DNA of 64,000 nucleotides from a virus: positions 32,001 through 96,000 of the IMG/VR virus record IMGVR_UViG_3300021962_000041; one strand, given 5' to 3'. The position numbers and the translations under genes are program-made. Positions 41,193 to 53,201 of the stretch are shown piece by piece. Position 1 is the stretch's first letter. Every line of letters starts with the position of its first letter. Below the pieces are notes generated by a model. The model did no database searches. It saw only the letters and a list, made by a program, of their open reading frames with translations, and was not told the DNA's origin.

Positions 41193-44100
41193 TAGTCGTA
41201 GACGTTTTGCTCCTGTTGCAATCTATCTAGGTAGTGATAGATGGTTTCTTGTGAGTACTTAAACTCTTTAAAACGATGAGGATTATTCTTTTGCATTTTA
41301 TGCAACATATTGATCCAGTCGTAGCGTTTATCTACAACCCAACCATATCGTTGCTCATCATGCATAATATCGTAGATAGAAATCATTGGAATCCTTTTGT
41401 TTTCTTTTTCTTTTGTGGAATGTCAAGAACTTCAACGTGACTTAAAAACTGGTCTGGTGTTTGAAACCAATGTGCCTGAACATCCATATAGTCCTCTAAA
41501 ACAATGGACTTACCATTGCTATACACCAACTTATAGTGATGCCTGTCGTAAGGTTTATCGCAGGTTTGTTTGAATGTTTCAGTCATTTTGGTCATCATCA
41601 AAAAAACTTTTTGCAGGTGGTTGAATCAAACAATCAAGAATACTACCAATGATTAAAAAGGCAATAAAGGTTATCATTGTTCTTTCACAACACAAGACGA
41701 AGTGCATTTAAGATCACCAGAAGACCCAGACACCGTAGAAGTATGCTGGGGTGTTCTCTCTGGTGTTAGATTATAAGATACAATAGCAGAAAAGAAAAAC
41801 GCAAGTGTGGGAATCACAACATATTGAAGATAAGTTTTACTACTCACAAGTCTCATCACTCCAATAGTACCTCAGTTTATCACCATCCGCAGAAATATTC
41901 AAGTGATAGATTTTATCATCTTCGGTATAAACACCAATCCAAAGTGTGCGTTCATTCATACTTTCGAGGTGAAACATTTGAATGTCTTGGAGAACAATTT
42001 CGTCGGGGTTTTCAGTAAAGCGACTCATTTCAGAATCTCATCAACATCAACTTTATCACAACCAGGCAAACCTGCTTGACCAAGTAGTTCTAACACATAA
42101 CCCTCAAAATCTGTGGCATCACTCTCATAGACATAATGCCCACCATTATTGTCACTCTCAGTGTAGTTGTTGAGATAATCAGCAAAGGTAACAAAGATTG
42201 CCATAGCACGGGCTTTATCATGTTGCGTGAGTGTTTTATGTGGATGTGCCACGATACACATAATCGTGTTGAATAGTTCAGCAGGAGTATAAGAAAATAC
42301 TGCTGCTTCTTCGTTTAGTTTCAGTGGGTTACTCATTGTCCTAGTCGTAGTTTGCGTTCAGGTGAGATAGTGAGATTAAAAGGATCATCATATGGAAAAA
42401 TGTATTCTTGCATCCAACCATTTGAGAGTGATTCCCAAAAATCATCAGGGAAGTGCTCAATAGTGTCGTAACTGTCCAAAGCATACCAGAAGTTATGAAA
42501 CCCGTCAAGGAAGAGTTCCCACTTTGTTGGTTCTTGGAATCTCATTTCACATCCTCAAAGAAAATTGTATGATACTCACCTTCTACTTCTTCAAAGGTAA
42601 AGTTTTCGTGCCAGGCATAAGGTAGCATCTCTTTGACTGTTAGAATTTGGTTTGTCTCAAATTTATCTTTGTATGGACCAAAACCAGTGTATCTAACTTT
42701 GTATGTCATTTCAATCTTTCTAATACACTACGAATGTGAGATATTGAAAGATAAAACTCACGAGTGTTTTGTCCCCCCATTACGATTGCGTTGAGTTCTT
42801 CAAGTGCTTCGTTGATGAGTTCTCTGCGTTCAATCACAGAAAGTTGTTGAAGTGCATCACCATTCTCATCATAGAGTTTATCCAATGCTTCCAATGCTTT
42901 GTTCTCTGCTTCTCGTTGTGCAGCAACAGCAAGCATTTCTTCGTGAGTCATAAGTTCTCGGATTTTCTGTTTGCCGTATTCTGTGAGTTCTTGTTTCTTG
43001 GTGCGGAGTTGTTGGATTTCTTCTGGTGTGAGATCTACCCAGGGCATATCATCATTCATAATCACTCCATATATTCGTGTTGATGTGCTTGCCACCGTAG
43101 AAGAGTTGGAATAGAAGATGGTTGAATGCCCATATCTTCTAATACAATCTCAAACCAATCTGCTGTAGCATCAATTACTGCTTGTGCTTCTGCTTCCTCA
43201 TTAGGTGGTGCTGTTTCAAGGGCACTTTCAACCATCTTGAGTAGTTTTGTTTTGTCAGTCATTCTTCATCTTCCTCATAAGGGAACATTTCATCATACTC
43301 TTCATCAGTCAGAGTAAGATACTGAACATTAGCATTCTTGTGTTCTTCAGCATACACTAACTGGTAGTGTGCGAAAGAAGAAGGGTCTGAACTAGCAAAT
43401 TCTAGCAGACCATCAACAAAACAAAGGTAGTTCATAGCACTTCCCATTCAGTTTCCCAATGACAATCGTTGCTTACATTAACCCAAAAGAAGTATTTCTG
43501 GTTCTCTGATGCGAGAAACAGCATACCATCACCTTTGTCCTGCTCAACAATACAGACAGGATTTCCTCCCATCATATTAGCAAGTCTGTTTTTGGATTTG
43601 CTACTCTTCGGTTTGACGGTTACTCTTCGCATTGTTCTTTCTCATCAGTCAGGACAGTTCCCATCGGACCTTTTTTAAGGCGTTCCCACTCTGCGTCTGC
43701 TTGTTGCATATCATCAAACTTCTTCCTCAGGTCTTCACCCAAAGTCAGTTCAAACTCATCAGCAACCTTACGCATATCCTCTTCTCTGCGGTCTTCACCA
43801 AATGCGAGAGCACAAGCACCTTTCATAATGTTGATGTCATCGTGTCCCATTGCACGGGCAACAGTTGCGAAAAAGCGAAACAATTGATAAGTGTTAAGGT
43901 CTTCGGCAGGAACCTGAAAAGTATAATGCTCTTCAGGGAGCATCATATCATCAAAACCACTGCTGTAATGGGTGGAAGTCCACTCAGTATCAAACTGAAC
44001 CTTGAGGGTTGCCTTGTAAGTCATTGGTCCTGTTTTGAATATACTCATTATAGGGGTAGTTTCACCAATTTCAGGGGTAGGTGTGCCAGTTCGTCAAGTG

Positions 44101-45106
44101 TCCTCATCATCTTCATCATCTTCATCAAATAAATCTACATCAACACCATCTGTAAGATCTTTCAATCGTTCAAAGAAATCTTCACCTAATGGAATGAGTT
44201 TCTCTTCTCCACGATCAATCCTATCACACATTTCTATCAGATACTCAAGAAACTCTTTTGGATAAGTTTCATCTAGGTTGATACTCGTCCAGAACCATTG
44301 ATAACACTCTTCATAAGGATCGTCATCTGATAGTAGACCATAATTCTCATAGTTTCCACTAATGAGGTCTCTCCACATCTTGAAGTTATTCCACATTTCC
44401 CTCCAACCAGTTTGGAAGCAGTGTCCAAAATAATACTCAAACCAGTTAAGTTTTTTCATTTGGTTGGACATAGAATAACTCATCACGCCAGTTACGACCA
44501 GCAATATCAAAACTAAAACCTAATTTACCAATAGAGAATAAGAAAGAAAATAACCTACCATATCCCATAGAGATTTGAAGATAAGGCCACTCAATCCATT
44601 TACCATACTCACCAAAATCAAAAGCAAGTTGAAGAAGTGAGTATTGTCTTCCAGTACAAAGAGTCATATAATACTCTTTTCCATAATCGTCTCTTACACC
44701 AAATTGAATGAGTTTCATTCTTCTAGTTCCTCTGCTAGTTGTAGCATATCATTCTTATCCAAAACGATTCTACCATCTTGAGCAGTATAATACTGAACAT
44801 TTTCTGCAGTAATACGAAGAACCGCAGCGATCAGTTTTTCTTCTGTATCAGCACCAGCATTTCGTGCTTCCCAAATTCTATTCGTTAAGTCTTGTGATCT
44901 TTCAGTCAATGTAATTTCCTCTATTTTAAATAATGATGTTTTTCAGAATCAAAGATTGTCCATTTTGCTATTTTAAGACACATTAGCACAGTTTGGTGTT
45001 CTCGCTGATACAAGTCCCAATCTTCTTTAAGTTTTGCAGCGTATCTTCTACGATAGGCACAAGTCCATACATTCTTGTAGATTTGTGCCTTTTCAGTTAA
45101 AGTCAT
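41192..45106 (-). other. Run of about 16 small hypothetical genes (e.g. 41192-41386, 41383-41601, 41840-42028, 42025-42336, 42333-42545, 42706-~43059, 43062-43262, 43432-43632, 43620-~44024, 44094-~44460, 44446-44718, 44715-44909, 44921-45106)
   Basis: Chain of ATGA-overlapping minus-strand ORFs; early promoter element at 44047-44104. Confidence 0.7.
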
Positions 45107-45813
45107 CCTAAACTTCTCAAAAAATCTTTGTCAATTTCCTGATCGAAACACAAGCAATATCTTGGTGTAGATAATTCATTCTCCACCTTATGACGAATTC
45201 TACCCCAGAAAAACATATGCTGATTATTTACAAATAATTTCTTCTCTGCTTTTTCTCTGTTGTTACCAAACATTAGATAACATTCTTTACCTTCTTCCTG
45301 ACGAACATCAAGTCCCCAGAGACCACGAATAATTGCTAGATTATCACGTTCTGGATCTGGATCAAGATGCCAACCAATACCTTTACCAGGACCAACCATA
45401 CTAATACCAAATCTTCTCTTAATTCCAGCCTCTCTCATTGTTGATGTGAGAATAGGAAGCAATTCAGAATTTTCTCTATGATATCCAATCTTTTCTTCTT
45501 TGACAAAAATTGGATCTCCAAAATTTTTACCAATAATTGTGGGTGCTATTTTAACAAATGCGTCCCATTCATCATCAGTAATTAGTTTTGCACTAAAGGG
45601 ATCTCTACACTCCATAAAGATGGGAGCAATTTGCCATCCTTGATACGCAATAGCAGTATGTCCAGAATATCCAGTATCATATCCCCAATTACACCAATAA
45701 ATCTTGTCAAAATTATCAAGAAATTCTTTTTGAATCTCTTCAAATCTTTCTTCAACTAGTTTAAGTTTTGGATTTAACTCCTCAAGAGTAAAGAATCGAT
45801 CTAGTTTGTTCAT
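45103..45813 (-). CDS. AspH-like 2OG-Fe(II) dioxygenase
   Basis: GPG..IGWHLD..RHKVEN..PR (HxD..H..R). Confidence 0.8.
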   Translation of the reverse strand: MNKLDRFFTLEELNPKLKLVEERFEEIQKEFLDNFDKIYWCNWGYDTGYSGHTAIAYQGWQIAPIFMECRDPFSAKLITDDEWDAFVKIAPTIIGKNFGDPIFVKEEKIGYHRENSELLPILTSTMREAGIKRRFGISMVGPGKGIGWHLDPDPERDNLAIIRGLWGLDVRQEEGKECYLMFGNNREKAEKKLFVNNQHMFFWGRIRHKVENELSTPRYCLCFDQEIDKDFLRSLG

Positions 45814-46472
45814 AGCATACTTCTAAAAAATACATTTGGTTTATTATTAATGTGGGCAAGGCTTTTAGATGCAAAAACATCCATTGCTATCACTGTTCTT
45901 GGTTGAGACATCATATTCTCAACACGATGAGTAGTATTTGAGTCAAAAGTATAAAACTTATTATTCCCAAACACTTGGGTTTCTACATTACCAGACTCAT
46001 CCTTCATTTGAAAGATTGAACATTTATCTTTTTCTACAGGAACATCAATACCCCACAAAACACGATAAGTATTCAATCCACCACCACCATAATCCTTATC
46101 ACAATGCCAATCTAATGAAGATCCTGGATGTAATACATTGATTCCTGCAACTAATACTGCTTTAATGGAAGAAAGTGTTTGACATAATATAGGAAGATAC
46201 ATTGCATTGCATGGATGAAAAACTCCATGATAACTCAATGCCCCCATATGCCACCCAACATCAGTATTAGTTTGTTTGGCATCCAAATAACTATTGAATT
46301 GAATTGGATAACCTCTCTTATTTTTTGTAATATAATCTTTTTGTTGATCTGTAAAATCTCTAATTTCTAAATTTTCTCTATTTGCAATAAACTCAGCGTG
46401 AATTGCATCAAAATTATCGGACAATACCTGCAACTCTGGTAGAATCTCTGTATAGTCTAAGAAAAGAGACAT
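45810..46472 (-). CDS. AspH-like 2OG-Fe(II) dioxygenase
   Basis: LHPGS.LDWHCD..FDS..THRVEN..PR. Confidence 0.82.
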   Translation of the reverse strand: MSLFLDYTEILPELQVLSDNFDAIHAEFIANRENLEIRDFTDQQKDYITKNKRGYPIQFNSYLDAKQTNTDVGWHMGALSYHGVFHPCNAMYLPILCQTLSSIKAVLVAGINVLHPGSSLDWHCDKDYGGGGLNTYRVLWGIDVPVEKDKCSIFQMKDESGNVETQVFGNNKFYTFDSNTTHRVENMMSQPRTVIAMDVFASKSLAHINNKPNVFFRSML

Positions 46473-46473
46473 C

Positions 46474-46986
46474 TTACAACCAATTAAAGTTTATATTTGC
46501 TCTATATTTAGAATCAGAAGTTGTACTTGAATTATGCTCATCATGAGCATCAAATAAAATTAATCTATTTGCAACACTATCAACTTTTGTACCATCAGAC
46601 ATTCGTGTAAATCCATCACAAGTATTCAGAGAAAATATTGCTGCTTTATGTGAAAAATCATAATCAGAATGTTTGGTATGTTCTTTTATGGTTTCAGTAT
46701 TGGGATACAGATTTGCTTTAATTCTTAACCAGGATCTCAATGAATTTTCTTTATCAAGTTTTGGAGCAAAAATTTGATTTAAAAACTGAAAATGTCTACT
46801 GTTAGGAACACTAGAAATATAAAAAACATGCACAAAATATGTTGACCATATTTCTGACTCTGCTTTTACATGTGTAACACCATCACTAAAGAACCACTCA
46901 AACCCCTCTTCATTATCAAGTATCAAATTAGAAATCTGTTTAAACTCAGACTTATCTAAAAAATTATCAATTACTTTATAAGTCAT
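46474..46986 (-). CDS. 2OG-Fe(II) oxygenase (cyanophage type)
   Basis: VIDNFL, RIKANLY, HSD, NRLILFD..H.S..R.NINFN. Confidence 0.82.
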   Translation of the reverse strand: MTYKVIDNFLDKSEFKQISNLILDNEEGFEWFFSDGVTHVKAESEIWSTYFVHVFYISSVPNSRHFQFLNQIFAPKLDKENSLRSWLRIKANLYPNTETIKEHTKHSDYDFSHKAAIFSLNTCDGFTRMSDGTKVDSVANRLILFDAHDEHNSSTTSDSKYRANINFNWL

Positions 46987-48892
46987 ACAAATTTTAAACC
47001 ATCAAGGACTTGTTGAAACTTTTCAGCACGGGTCTTATGTTCAATAACATTTTCTCCAAGCACATCCACAATATCATCCAAGATTACATCTACTGGAGCA
47101 TCAGTATCAAAGTATTGTTGGATTGCTTCGGCAAGATACCTCCGCCGTGTCCACTCTACACTATAAGGTTTGTAGTCCATAATCAAATAGTTATATGCTG
47201 CTATTATAAGGTATCTAGTCTTGATTGTCAATCTCTTTCAAATAATCAATCCACCACTGTGGGTCTTGCTGCATTTTCCAATTGGGAACTTCAAGACCAC
47301 GCTCAAAATACCACTGCCAGATTGCTTCTTCAATTATTTCTTTAGTCTCAATAATCTTTGCCTTCCTCATCAGAGTCTCCATATGGGTCTTCCACATAAG
47401 GTCCGTGTGGTCGTTTGGCATCTTCTCTGACATAAGTTTGCTCTTCGTTGACAGCAGCAATCCACAATGAGAGTTTCATCACTAACCATATTGTAACAAG
47501 AGGTAAAAAACAAGCAATAAGAATTAAAGCTTTCATTCTTCAATCTCCCAGCATTTTTGGAACTTATCTCTCAACTCATTGATTTTAACATTGTGTTGAA
47601 ACTCCATAATGTGGTCTTTTATTTCCTTCTCCTCATCAGTGAACTCCATACGATATTTGAGTTTAGTATCAACAAGACGCACCATTTCCATATAGAACTC
47701 GGTGCCTTTGTGAATAAACTCGTCGTATGTCAATCTCTGGTCCTCCAATCGGTTTCATCCTCATCACGTTTGAACCAATCGTGTAAATCATCTGGATTAT
47801 CAAAACCACGACGACCAAATCGTTCATGACCCAAACCACCAATATCCAACTGATTCATAAAATCATCTAAGTCACCCTCAACCATATCAGGGTTTTCTGC
47901 TCTTCTTCTTGCTTGGCGGAGCATTGTGCCAGCAGAGCGGTTTGCCTTGGCAAGTTTTTCGGCCCAGATCATATCTTCAAGACTCACTTCCTCGTGCAGA
48001 ACAATCTTTTCGCAGATTGCTTCAAGACGAAGACGATACTGTGTAGAAAGCATATCGTTCTCCAGATATAACTTATTTATTTTTAGATTGTAACTCATCC
48101 ATCAACTCTTTGGCAAGTTGATTTGAGCGTCTCCACATTAAATATTTTGCCCAGGGGGTTCTCGGATTATTCTTCAACCACCAGATTTGTCTTATGATCC
48201 TATTCTTGACAATATCAAAAACATAAACAAAAGCATCAGCAACATTTCTGTCGCTGATGATGATGTATGCAATAATTGCAAATATAGTTAACCAAGCATA
48301 GTAAGTCATCGTCTTAGAAGTTTCAGATACTCTAGGACGTGCTCACGAACTGCCATCAATTCATTGTAGCACTTTTGATTGTGGGCACATTGACGAAGTT
48401 CGTGATCTGGTTTATGTACACTTTCAATAAACAGATCCAGTCCTCGGTTCCATTTAACGTCTGGGGCTTCGTCCATAATGTGTATCGTAGTTGTACTATT
48501 TAACTGAAAAATTGTTCAACTGTTGAAGTCTTTTTCTTTGATGCTTTAACTTGTTTCAAAATGTAAGATTTAGCAGTTGAATAATTGTTTGCTAGATGGA
48601 CTTGCTGCCCATTATGAATAATAATGAACTTTTTACCATAAGGGACAGCAGCCCACATTCCATCCTTGGTTACATAACCTTCTGGATCTTTTGGTTTTGG
48701 ATCAAGAACACCAGGACGAGGGATAAATGGTTTGAGAAAATTTTCACTCATCCGAATATAGCAGTTACACTGACAACTTTAGCAGTCGGATTTCGTGCCA
48801 GAGCAGTACGCTTAGCATCTTCATAATTTGCTGCTTCGACAATTTCATCGAAGGTACGACCAGCAACGTAGAGTTGGACTTTGCAGCGCATT
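46983..48892 (-). other. Run of small hypothetical genes (46983-~47180, 47348-47536, 47533-47748, 47730-~48053, 48073-48309, 48500-48751 and others)
   Basis: Abutting minus-strand ORFs; TTGACA/TATAAT promoter at about 47203-47231. Confidence 0.65.
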
Positions 48893-48933
48893 GGGGGGAT
48901 TCCTCCTTGTGTGTGAGTATTATAGCAGAAAAA

Positions 48934-50115
48934 TCAGCGCCTGACAACGCTGATGGCAGGTTGACCCTGCTGAAATACGGTATCTACAACCGCCTGAACG
49001 CTCTTGGCGGTGCTGATGCCCACCTTGTCATAGACAGGCACACAGACCAGTCCAAACGTCTTCTGGGCGCCTCCCAGGCGGATCACACGCCCAATGGACT
49101 GACTGATCCCAATGTAGTCCATGTTCCGCATGAACAGAACTGCCTCCAGACCAGACACATTGATGCCCTCGGACAGAATGCTGTGGTGCAGGACCACAAA
49201 CTTCTTGGAAGAGTCTTTGCCCCAAGCATTCAGAGTGTCGAAAAATACCTCACGATTGACCTTCTGACCATCAATCACAGCACCAGTCTTGGAAGTAATA
49301 TACATCCAAGAATAACCACGCTCTTTGAGGTCAGAGCAAAAGTCAGATTGAGAAACAAGGTTGATGATCTGTTTGGTAGAACGAGCACAGATCAGGATCT
49401 TATCCAGACCATTATCGTCAATGGTTTCCAACAGGTTAGCAGAGTCACGATCAGCAATCATCTGCTTGTCCTGAACCATCTCAAGTTGCTTCACGACAAC
49501 TTTAGGGGGCAATATGTAGCCTTGATCCACCAGTTCAGGTGCAGGAACGTTGCAGATCACGTTGCCATAAACCTCAGGCATATTCATGCCAGGTTTGGAA
49601 ATCGTAGCAGAATGCTTAGGAGTAGCAGTGAAGAAATAGCAGCGGTCAGCAACAGAAGAGAAGTGCTCCGTAGCAGGGAAAAAGTTACGTTGAACTGAGT
49701 TGTGCGCTTCATCAAAATAAATGGTATCGACGTTAATATCTGCCTGTTGCAGACGCTGCAGAGAATTATAAGTGGTGAAGATCAGCTTGTGACCTTGAGT
49801 TGCCTCAACCCAAGTGCGGATCACATTAGGACGAGTGCTGCTGAAGTGGTGCGTCTCACCGCTGTGGACATGTATCACTTGAGCATTCGTGATAAACTCA
49901 AGGAACTCGCTAGACAATTGCTCCGCCAGGAGGATGCGGGGGCAGCACACTACAATGGTCTGAGGAATATCTTTCAGAAACTGACGGATGGCATCAAAGA
50001 TCATCGTGGGGGTCTTGCCCGCACCAGTCGGCATGATCAGTTGACCCAGTTGATACCGCTCCATGGCATCAAGACCACGTTGCTGGTGAGGTCGGAGTTC
50101 AAACACAGGTCTCAT
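48934..50115 (-). CDS. Superfamily II DNA helicase (DEAH; type III restriction Res-like)
   Basis: LRPHQ Q-motif, MPTGAGKT, FDEAH, TATP, LSEGIN, QSIGRVIR. Confidence 0.9.
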   Translation of the reverse strand: MRPVFELRPHQQRGLDAMERYQLGQLIMPTGAGKTPTMIFDAIRQFLKDIPQTIVVCCPRILLAEQLSSEFLEFITNAQVIHVHSGETHHFSSTRPNVIRTWVEATQGHKLIFTTYNSLQRLQQADINVDTIYFDEAHNSVQRNFFPATEHFSSVADRCYFFTATPKHSATISKPGMNMPEVYGNVICNVPAPELVDQGYILPPKVVVKQLEMVQDKQMIADRDSANLLETIDDNGLDKILICARSTKQIINLVSQSDFCSDLKERGYSWMYITSKTGAVIDGQKVNREVFFDTLNAWGKDSSKKFVVLHHSILSEGINVSGLEAVLFMRNMDYIGISQSIGRVIRLGGAQKTFGLVCVPVYDKVGISTAKSVQAVVDTVFQQGQPAISVVRR

Positions 50116-50128
50116 CGCGTATGAAACT

Positions 50129-50185
50129 ATTATAGCAGAAAGGGGTCCCCGAAGGAACCCCCTGTACCAGTTATGAAAGTGTCCT
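50129..50185 (-). promoter_or_regulatory. Early promoter element with stem-loop, opening the accessory region
   Basis: GTACCA-N10-TGTCCT 50164-50185, 29 bp from TATAAT; GGGGTCC..GGAACCCC hairpin. Confidence 0.72.
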
Positions 50186-53178
50186 TACGTGACTCCCGAT
50201 CCTTGTACAACGAATGTATTTGTTCCTACACATAAAAGTCTAGCAACTGTTCTTTGAGCTAGAGTTCTATTTCCTGTAGTTGCAGTACCACTAAGATACA
50301 TTGTAACACCTGCACCCTGAGATAATGTTTGAGATAATGCAGTGTTATTATAAATTAACACTTCATCACCAATAGAAAAGACTCCAGATGGAACTGTAGC
50401 AATTCCTGCAGAAGTTGAGAACGAAATATGCTTACCAGCATCACTAGCAACAAGAACATAACCACCTAAAGAAGATTGAGCATTTTGAGGATAACTCCTT
50501 ACATTTCCAATAGAGTCACTAATTGTACCTGTAGATGTAATATTATCTTGAACATCTAAGGTACCACCAGCAGAATCAAGAACGAGATTTCCAGAAGCAG
50601 TATCAATTTCATTAACTGCTGTTGTACCGACTCGAATATTTTGATGATGTGATCCAGAGGCAAATGTAGAAACTCCAGTTGACTGATAAATTGCTCCACT
50701 AACTGTGAGTTTTGCATTTGTTAATGTTGTTGTCCCAACTCCAAGATTAAATTGGCTGTTACCAACCAACCAATATTCACAAGCATTAGAAGCATTGACA
50801 CCAATTGCCAATACTTTGTTACCTGCGAATGGTGGGGCAAAGAATCCATTAGCAACACTTGTGCTCAATCCAGCTGGAGTTGTTCCTGGGCGCCCAGCAA
50901 ATATGTCACCATTACTACCAGCAGTGTTTGTTCCTACACCAATGACAACATTATGAGAAACGTTTAAGTGACCTTGAGCAGAAGCTCTTCCTGCTTTATA
51001 TCCAAGACAAAGATTATTGTCACCTGCAATATCAAATCCAGAGCGATCTCCAAGGAAAGTATTATATCTTGCAATTGATGTCAAACCAGAACCAACTCTG
51101 GTTCCAATCAAAACATTACTCGTTGCACCTAAACTTACATAGTTTCCAGTAATATATCCTTGCTGAGGAGATCCAGCAGTTCTATCATGAGTGCTGTTTG
51201 AATCATATTCAACACCAAGAACAACGTTTGGCCAAACAATGTATCCTGCAGGTTGCCATAAACTATCTTGATGAAAATATTCTGGTCTACGAGAACTTCT
51301 TTCCTGAATAAACGCTCCACTACCCAAATCAACATTATAAACAAGAGCTTCTCTTTCGACTCTATTTAATTGAGGTGCATAGAAAACTGCTCTTCTCGTT
51401 GCGTTATAATTAGCACATCTTAAGTCAACAGCACCAAAAGGAGAATTAGTACCAACTCCAATAAATCCATTTATTTTTGGATTAGCATTATTTCCAACGA
51501 GAATAACGTCTGAGTTTACAGCAACAATATCTCTTCCAAAAACTGATAAACCAGTCGCATCCACAAAAGTATTATCTGGTCCTGGAATACTATCCAGATT
51601 GGTTGTAGAACCTATTGAAACTCTATCTAGGAATAATGCTGTACTTCCATTTACAAAAGCAGCAGCTGCTGATGATGCTGTTGCGATTCCAACATTGGCA
51701 AAGTGAGCACTAATAGTCTTACCATCTAGTCCAAGACCAGCTGCTGGAAGAGTTGTTCCTATTCCCAATATTGCGTCATTGGTTAGATATAACCTATTAA
51801 GAGAACTGATTCCTGTGGTAACATTAAGATTTGCAGGTATAGCAGGAGGATTTCCACCGCCACCGAGAGTAAATCTTGAGGATCCAGACCCAAAGGTTAA
51901 TGTTCCAGCAGCAATAAAATTACCAGCAACCGTTAAATCGGAAGTAATAGTTCCTGTGCCAACAACATGTAAATTATAACTTGGGTTTGTAAGTCCAACT
52001 CCCAGTCTTCTAGAATCTATTGATGAACCAGCAGTTAATGTTAAAGCGGCAGAATTATCTTGTCCATAAAGCCATTGGAAAGTCCCTGTACCAACGCCTG
52101 CCTGGCCAGCATGTAAAACTGAAATAATGGAGCCAGTTCCTCTATTAATAATTTCAAGGGTTCCTCTTGTCGCACCATATCTTAAATATCCAGTACTATT
52201 TCCAAGACCTACTGAATTTCCTAATGAAATTCTAGATTCTCCGCTTGGATTAACAACTTCAATAGTTGGATTAGCAGAAAGTCCGTTTTTAAAAATCTGA
52301 AGTTCTACAGTTGGGAGTGCAGTTCCTACACCGATTCTTCCAGACTCTACAGCAGCAACGGCGGTTCCACCAACACCCACTCTAAATGTGGTTAAAATAG
52401 TGGCAACTCCAACAGTTGCAAATGGACTATTTAAAGCAGTTGCAGTTACAATTCCAACATTAATGCTTGGTTGTCCAGCTAATGAAAGTGCAGAATCTGC
52501 ACTAATAGAATTACCAGTAATATCACCAAAGAAACTTCCATAAAAATTAGTTGCTGTAATACTTCCAGCAATACTAATAGGAGAAGGTAATTTGTCGTTA
52601 GGAATTGTTGGTAAAACTGATGTGCCAATAACACCATTCGTAATATTTTGTCCTGTAAGTGCTGTAATTCCAGCTCCACTTCCAACAAAAGACGCAGCAC
52701 TGACAATGCCAGATGCTCTCATGTCACCTACAGTATTAAATCCAACGCCAAGTTGTCCTACAAATGGATTTCCACCAATTTGGAAAGTATTTCTTGGATC
52801 GATTGTTGCAATTCCAACGAATCCAGCAGCATAAATGCTGGTAAATCCTAAACCAACATCAACGTCAACCCACTGAGATGTTGGTAGGTTAGATAATGTA
52901 GCACCATTTCCATAAAAAGAAGTAGCAGTAATTGATCCGCTACTTCCAACAACTCTAACTGTTGATCCGACTCTAAGAGTATTATTAACTGTTGCGATGC
53001 CACTTACAAAGGCATCAGTAGCAGTCATTAATCCAACTACTCTAGCATTTCCTCTTACATCTAAACGTTCGGTTGGAACTGTCGTACCAATTCCAACCAA
53101 AGTACCACGTACTACTAGATCTTTATCATCGACCTGAACACCATCACGAAAATTAAAGGACTTCCTGATATTCGCCAT
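50185..53178 (-). CDS. Tail fibre-like structural protein (997 aa)
   Basis: Repeated VGIGTT.P motifs, G/T/S-rich; ATAAATA late promoter at 53196-53202. Confidence 0.8.
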   Translation of the reverse strand: MANIRKSFNFRDGVQVDDKDLVVRGTLVGIGTTVPTERLDVRGNARVVGLMTATDAFVSGIATVNNTLRVGSTVRVVGSSGSITATSFYGNGATLSNLPTSQWVDVDVGLGFTSIYAAGFVGIATIDPRNTFQIGGNPFVGQLGVGFNTVGDMRASGIVSAASFVGSGAGITALTGQNITNGVIGTSVLPTIPNDKLPSPISIAGSITATNFYGSFFGDITGNSISADSALSLAGQPSINVGIVTATALNSPFATVGVATILTTFRVGVGGTAVAAVESGRIGVGTALPTVELQIFKNGLSANPTIEVVNPSGESRISLGNSVGLGNSTGYLRYGATRGTLEIINRGTGSIISVLHAGQAGVGTGTFQWLYGQDNSAALTLTAGSSIDSRRLGVGLTNPSYNLHVVGTGTITSDLTVAGNFIAAGTLTFGSGSSRFTLGGGGNPPAIPANLNVTTGISSLNRLYLTNDAILGIGTTLPAAGLGLDGKTISAHFANVGIATASSAAAAFVNGSTALFLDRVSIGSTTNLDSIPGPDNTFVDATGLSVFGRDIVAVNSDVILVGNNANPKINGFIGVGTNSPFGAVDLRCANYNATRRAVFYAPQLNRVEREALVYNVDLGSGAFIQERSSRRPEYFHQDSLWQPAGYIVWPNVVLGVEYDSNSTHDRTAGSPQQGYITGNYVSLGATSNVLIGTRVGSGLTSIARYNTFLGDRSGFDIAGDNNLCLGYKAGRASAQGHLNVSHNVVIGVGTNTAGSNGDIFAGRPGTTPAGLSTSVANGFFAPPFAGNKVLAIGVNASNACEYWLVGNSQFNLGVGTTTLTNAKLTVSGAIYQSTGVSTFASGSHHQNIRVGTTAVNEIDTASGNLVLDSAGGTLDVQDNITSTGTISDSIGNVRSYPQNAQSSLGGYVLVASDAGKHISFSTSAGIATVPSGVFSIGDEVLIYNNTALSQTLSQGAGVTMYLSGTATTGNRTLAQRTVARLLCVGTNTFVVQGSGVT

Positions 53179-53201
53179 CTTAAAATGTTTTTAGTTATTT
53201 A

